Of a DNA stretch of 25,063 nt, positions 22,601-25,063 are shown piece after piece. This DNA comes from a virus (lineage: Duplodnaviria > Caudoviricetes), in the IMG/VR virus record IMGVR_UViG_3300028588_000791, positions 1 to 25,063 of that record; one strand, given 5' to 3'. A model generated the notes under the pieces. That model had not been told where the DNA came from, did not search any database, and saw only the letters and a program-made list of their open reading frames with translations. Position numbers and translations under genes: made by a program. Numbering within the stretch: the first letter of the stretch is position 1; the number at the start of each line of letters is the position of its first letter.

Positions 22601-23011
22601 ATGAGTCCACTACTGATTCCAGTCATCGGCAACCTGCTCGACCGGATATTCCCGGACCCAAAGGCTGCTGCAGAGGGGAAGCTTGAACTGATGCGGATGG
22701 CCCAGGCCGGCGAGCTGGCCCAGCTGGACGCTGAGGTGAAGCTGATCAGCGGCCAGATCGAGGTCAACAAGGTCGAGGCAGCAAACCAGTCGCTGTTCGT
22801 GGCCGGCTGGCGGCCGGCAATCGGTTGGGTCTGCGGTGCGGCGTTCGCGTTCAAGTTCATCCTGGGCCCAGCTGCAGTCGTCGCCATGGCGATGGCCGGC
22901 CATCCGATCACGTTGCCGGAATTCGACTTTACCGAGATGAGCACCATCCTGATGGGCATGCTCGGCCTCGGCGCCCTCCGCACGGTCGAGAAGGTCAAAG
23001 GGGTGCCGTGA
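22601..23011 (+). CDS. 3TM holin family protein (GTA-type, DUF3154-like; 136 aa)
   Basis: AAGGA site. LLDRIFPDP, QIEVNKVEA, FVAGWRPAIGWVCG and GMLGLGALRTVEK motifs. Confidence 0.85.
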   Translation: MSPLLIPVIGNLLDRIFPDPKAAAEGKLELMRMAQAGELAQLDAEVKLISGQIEVNKVEAANQSLFVAGWRPAIGWVCGAAFAFKFILGPAAVVAMAMAGHPITLPEFDFTEMSTILMGMLGLGALRTVEKVKGVP

Positions 23012-23169
23012 TGGACTTCCACCTCGCCACCCCGACCGGCGACGTTTACCTGTTTAGCTACGACGGGCGCCAGGTGCAGTTCCTTCCGACGAAGGCCGAT
23101 AGCGTACCGGTTACCGCGGCTGGAACCGACGCTGTTGAGCAAGAGCACTCCATGCTCGTGCCCACCTGA
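23011..23169 (+). CDS. Small hypothetical protein (52 aa)
   Basis: TGATG overlap with the 3TM holin and GGGGTG upstream; MDFHLATPTGDVYLFSYDG... Confidence 0.5.
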   Translation: MDFHLATPTGDVYLFSYDGRQVQFLPTKADSVPVTAAGTDAVEQEHSMLVPT

Positions 23170-23286
23170 TTGCGACTGACCGCGTTCGATCGTCTTGTGC
23201 GAAGATGAAGCGGTCAAGTGCAACCAGCGATCTGTGTCGAGCATATGCACTGGCTGTAAGGTAAGGTGGCCGTGTCATGGCCATCA

Positions 23287-23535
23287 CTAATGCAGCGTCT
23301 CATCTGTCCACTGTACTGCAAGAGCCTGTTCGATAACGACCTCGTCCGCCATGGACTGAAGCGGAAGTTCGGCCTCAGGCGCGAAGGTTATGATCTGGCA
23401 GTGTTCGGGGTCGGCCTGGTGCAGGCGCATCCACTCTTCGCGCGAGACAGTCTGACCTGTGGGCATCGGTAGCGTGACCCAAAAGCCAGTCTCGCGCTCG
23501 GCGACGACCTGATATAGGTCGAGCATCGTATCCAT
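23287..23535 (-). CDS. Hypothetical acidic protein (82 aa)
   Basis: GAGGGG ribosome-binding site at correct spacing, tandem stops (TAG TGA), protein-like composition. Confidence 0.6.
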   Translation of the reverse strand: MDTMLDLYQVVAERETGFWVTLPMPTGQTVSREEWMRLHQADPEHCQIITFAPEAELPLQSMADEVVIEQALAVQWTDETLH

Positions 23536-23665
23536 GTAGGCACCCCTCGCATCCTCATGATGGGGTGAGCTTACGACTGAACGAAACGGGTGTCACGAGT
23601 TGCCGTGCGCGACCATTCATAGTGCATGGGGGCGGTAGCTAGGAGCAGGTAGGCATGCTCAACAG

Positions 23666-23680
23666 TGCTACACTCGGCGC
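23666..23680 (+). promoter_or_regulatory. Extended -10 promoter (TGcTACACT), probably leaderless
   Basis: TG at 23666-23667, TACACT at 23669-23674, 6 nt, ATG at 23681; no ribosome-binding site in between. Confidence 0.55.
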
Positions 23681-23977
23681 ATGTATGGCAAAGTCAAAAG
23701 GCTGCGCGTGCGCGGCAAACGGTTATCTGATCGAGAGATCGGCGCGGCGTCAGCCGTAGAAGGCAACCTTACCTTGGCCATGGTAGGCACTACCCTGGTG
23801 CTGGAAGTGAAGCCGGTCAATTCCCAAGTAGGAGCACCCTTGCTCCCCGTCCTCTACGATGCCCGCCTTACCACCATGCACAGCAACGGTATGTTGTTCA
23901 AGGGCGAGGATCGGCCCGATGGTGATGCTGGCCCGGCGTATGTCCAGGAGTGGTCGGTGCGGATCGAGCCGAAGTAG
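23681..23977 (+). CDS. Hypothetical prophage accessory protein (98 aa)
   Basis: LLPVLYDARL...GMLFKGE...YVQEW pattern resembles small conserved proteins at proteobacterial prophage ends; function unknown. Confidence 0.7.
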   Translation: MYGKVKRLRVRGKRLSDREIGAASAVEGNLTLAMVGTTLVLEVKPVNSQVGAPLLPVLYDARLTTMHSNGMLFKGEDRPDGDAGPAYVQEWSVRIEPK

Positions 23978-24025
23978 ACCGCTGTTCGGCAGATTCCAAC
24001 GCGTAATATTTGGCGTAGCTTTCTG

Positions 24026-24051
24026 AAAATTCCCTATTGTTTTATAGGGAA
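24026..24051 (-). terminator. Putative intrinsic terminator after the integrase
   Basis: 8-bp inverted repeat TTCCCTAT (24030-24037) / ATAGGGAA (24044-24051), followed by TTTT on the minus strand, 16 nt past the integrase stop. Confidence 0.5.
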
Positions 24052-24067
24052 AAGTACTGCTGCATCA

Positions 24068-25063
24068 TCAGTCCAACCGTGCTGCGATGTCCTCAGCACT
24101 GGCATTGTAATAAACCTGCAGCATCTTCAAGTCGCGATGCCCGACCATCCGCGCCAGGTCGAGCACGTTCAACTTTGCGGCCAGGCGAGTGATCGCCTCG
24201 TGCCGTGTATCGTGAAATGTCAGGTCGTCAATCAGGGTCTTGTTCCGGGCCTTACGGAAGAGGGCATCGAGTGATGCGCTTGTGAGTCCGAACAGCGGCT
24301 CTCCGGGGGCAACGGCTGGCAGGCACCCCAACAGCTCGACCGCTCGCTTCGATAGCGCTACTGCACGCCTGGTCCCATTCTTCGTCTTCTGCAGCATTGC
24401 GCTGCGGCCGGACACATCGTTCGCAGTCAGGCCACATATCTCGCCGGCTCGCATAGCCGTCTCGATAGCGAACAGCATGGCCACTGCCACGGCCTGGTTC
24501 TTCGTGACGACTGGCCCGCCATCGAACCCTAGCACCTGGCACAGCTGCGCGATTTCGTTCTCGGTGATTCGCCGGTCTCTCGACTCAGGGTTCTGCGGCC
24601 GCCGGACGTCCGTAGTTGGACTTTCTGCCAGCCACTTCCATTCCTTCCGCGCTGTCGCGAACACGTGTGAGAGGAGGGCGAGGTCACGGTTGATGGTCGA
24701 CCCGGCCACCGTCGCCAGTCGCATGTCACGCCAGCCGGCGATCGTGCTGGCGTCGACGTCGCAGAGCCTCATGCTCCCCAGCCGCACGCCGCCAACCTCA
24801 TGCCCAGCGATCGCTAACAGCCGCTTTGCCTCCCAAGCGGCGCCGATTTTGCGGATCGATACTTCTTCGGTGTAGCGCGTGAATGCCTCCTCTAAGGTCT
24901 TTTCGGTGTTGACCCCAGTGCTGGACATGCGGCGCATTTGCGCTTCCCGCTCGACTGCCCACGCCTGGGCCTCGGCCTTCGTGGCGAACGTTGACGAGTC
25001 GCGATTCCCCTTCACCGAGATCTGGACTCGCCAGCCGGACTTCTGCTTTGTGATGGATGCCAT
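24068..25063 (-). CDS. int: Tyrosine recombinase / phage integrase (331 aa)
   Basis: Full catalytic set: TAMRAGEI (R), KTKNG (K), FHDTRHEA (HxxR), GHRD (H), QVYYN (Y). N-terminal arm-binding-like MASITKQKSGWRVQI. Confidence 0.95.
   Translation of the reverse strand: MASITKQKSGWRVQISVKGNRDSSTFATKAEAQAWAVEREAQMRRMSSTGVNTEKTLEEAFTRYTEEVSIRKIGAAWEAKRLLAIAGHEVGGVRLGSMRLCDVDASTIAGWRDMRLATVAGSTINRDLALLSHVFATARKEWKWLAESPTTDVRRPQNPESRDRRITENEIAQLCQVLGFDGGPVVTKNQAVAVAMLFAIETAMRAGEICGLTANDVSGRSAMLQKTKNGTRRAVALSKRAVELLGCLPAVAPGEPLFGLTSASLDALFRKARNKTLIDDLTFHDTRHEAITRLAAKLNVLDLARMVGHRDLKMLQVYYNASAEDIAARLD

Larger units (their letters stand above)
1..25063. mobile_element. Temperate siphovirus-type phage/prophage, late region and integrase
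   Basis: Continuous packaging-head-tail-lysis synteny plus integrase. No host genes and no disrupted structural genes seen. Confidence 0.95.

Noticed and set aside
23650-23665. Possible LexA box upstream of the 98-aa gene
   Set aside because: Only the ACAG half is present; there is no CTGT at the required CTGT-N8-ACAG spacing.

Overview
The window holds the late region and integrase end of a temperate, long non-contractile-tailed (siphovirus-type) phage or prophage with lambda/Gifsy-2-like head genes, in GC-rich DNA. A betaproteobacterial host such as Oxalobacteraceae is my guess, not shown by the sequence. The + strand order is: 5'-truncated gpA-type terminase, Mor-family activator, gpW, portal, a five-gene fibre/adhesin-like cassette, fused protease-scaffold-capsid gene, DUF2190, head-tail joining and terminator genes, tail tube, frameshifted tail chaperones, 1554-aa tape measure, tail-tip genes, permuted papain-like enzyme, then holin / GH19 endolysin / 3TM holin with no recognisable spanin. 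Small accessory ORFs and a minus-strand tyrosine integrase follow. The strongest non-coding signal is a 24-bp dyad, TCTCA[G/A]TTTTCCGAGAA[G/T]TGAGAC, at 1658, 6779 and 21752. Each copy lies exactly 11 nt before a -10-like hexamer, and two copies have an ATG exactly 7 nt after it. The third copy overlaps a hairpin hiding the holin ribosome-binding site. Together these suggest a Mor-dependent late regulon with leaderless mRNAs and a lysis-timing switch. The second highlight is the fibre cassette inserted between portal and capsid. Family assignments come from motif recognition by eye; no database search was run.
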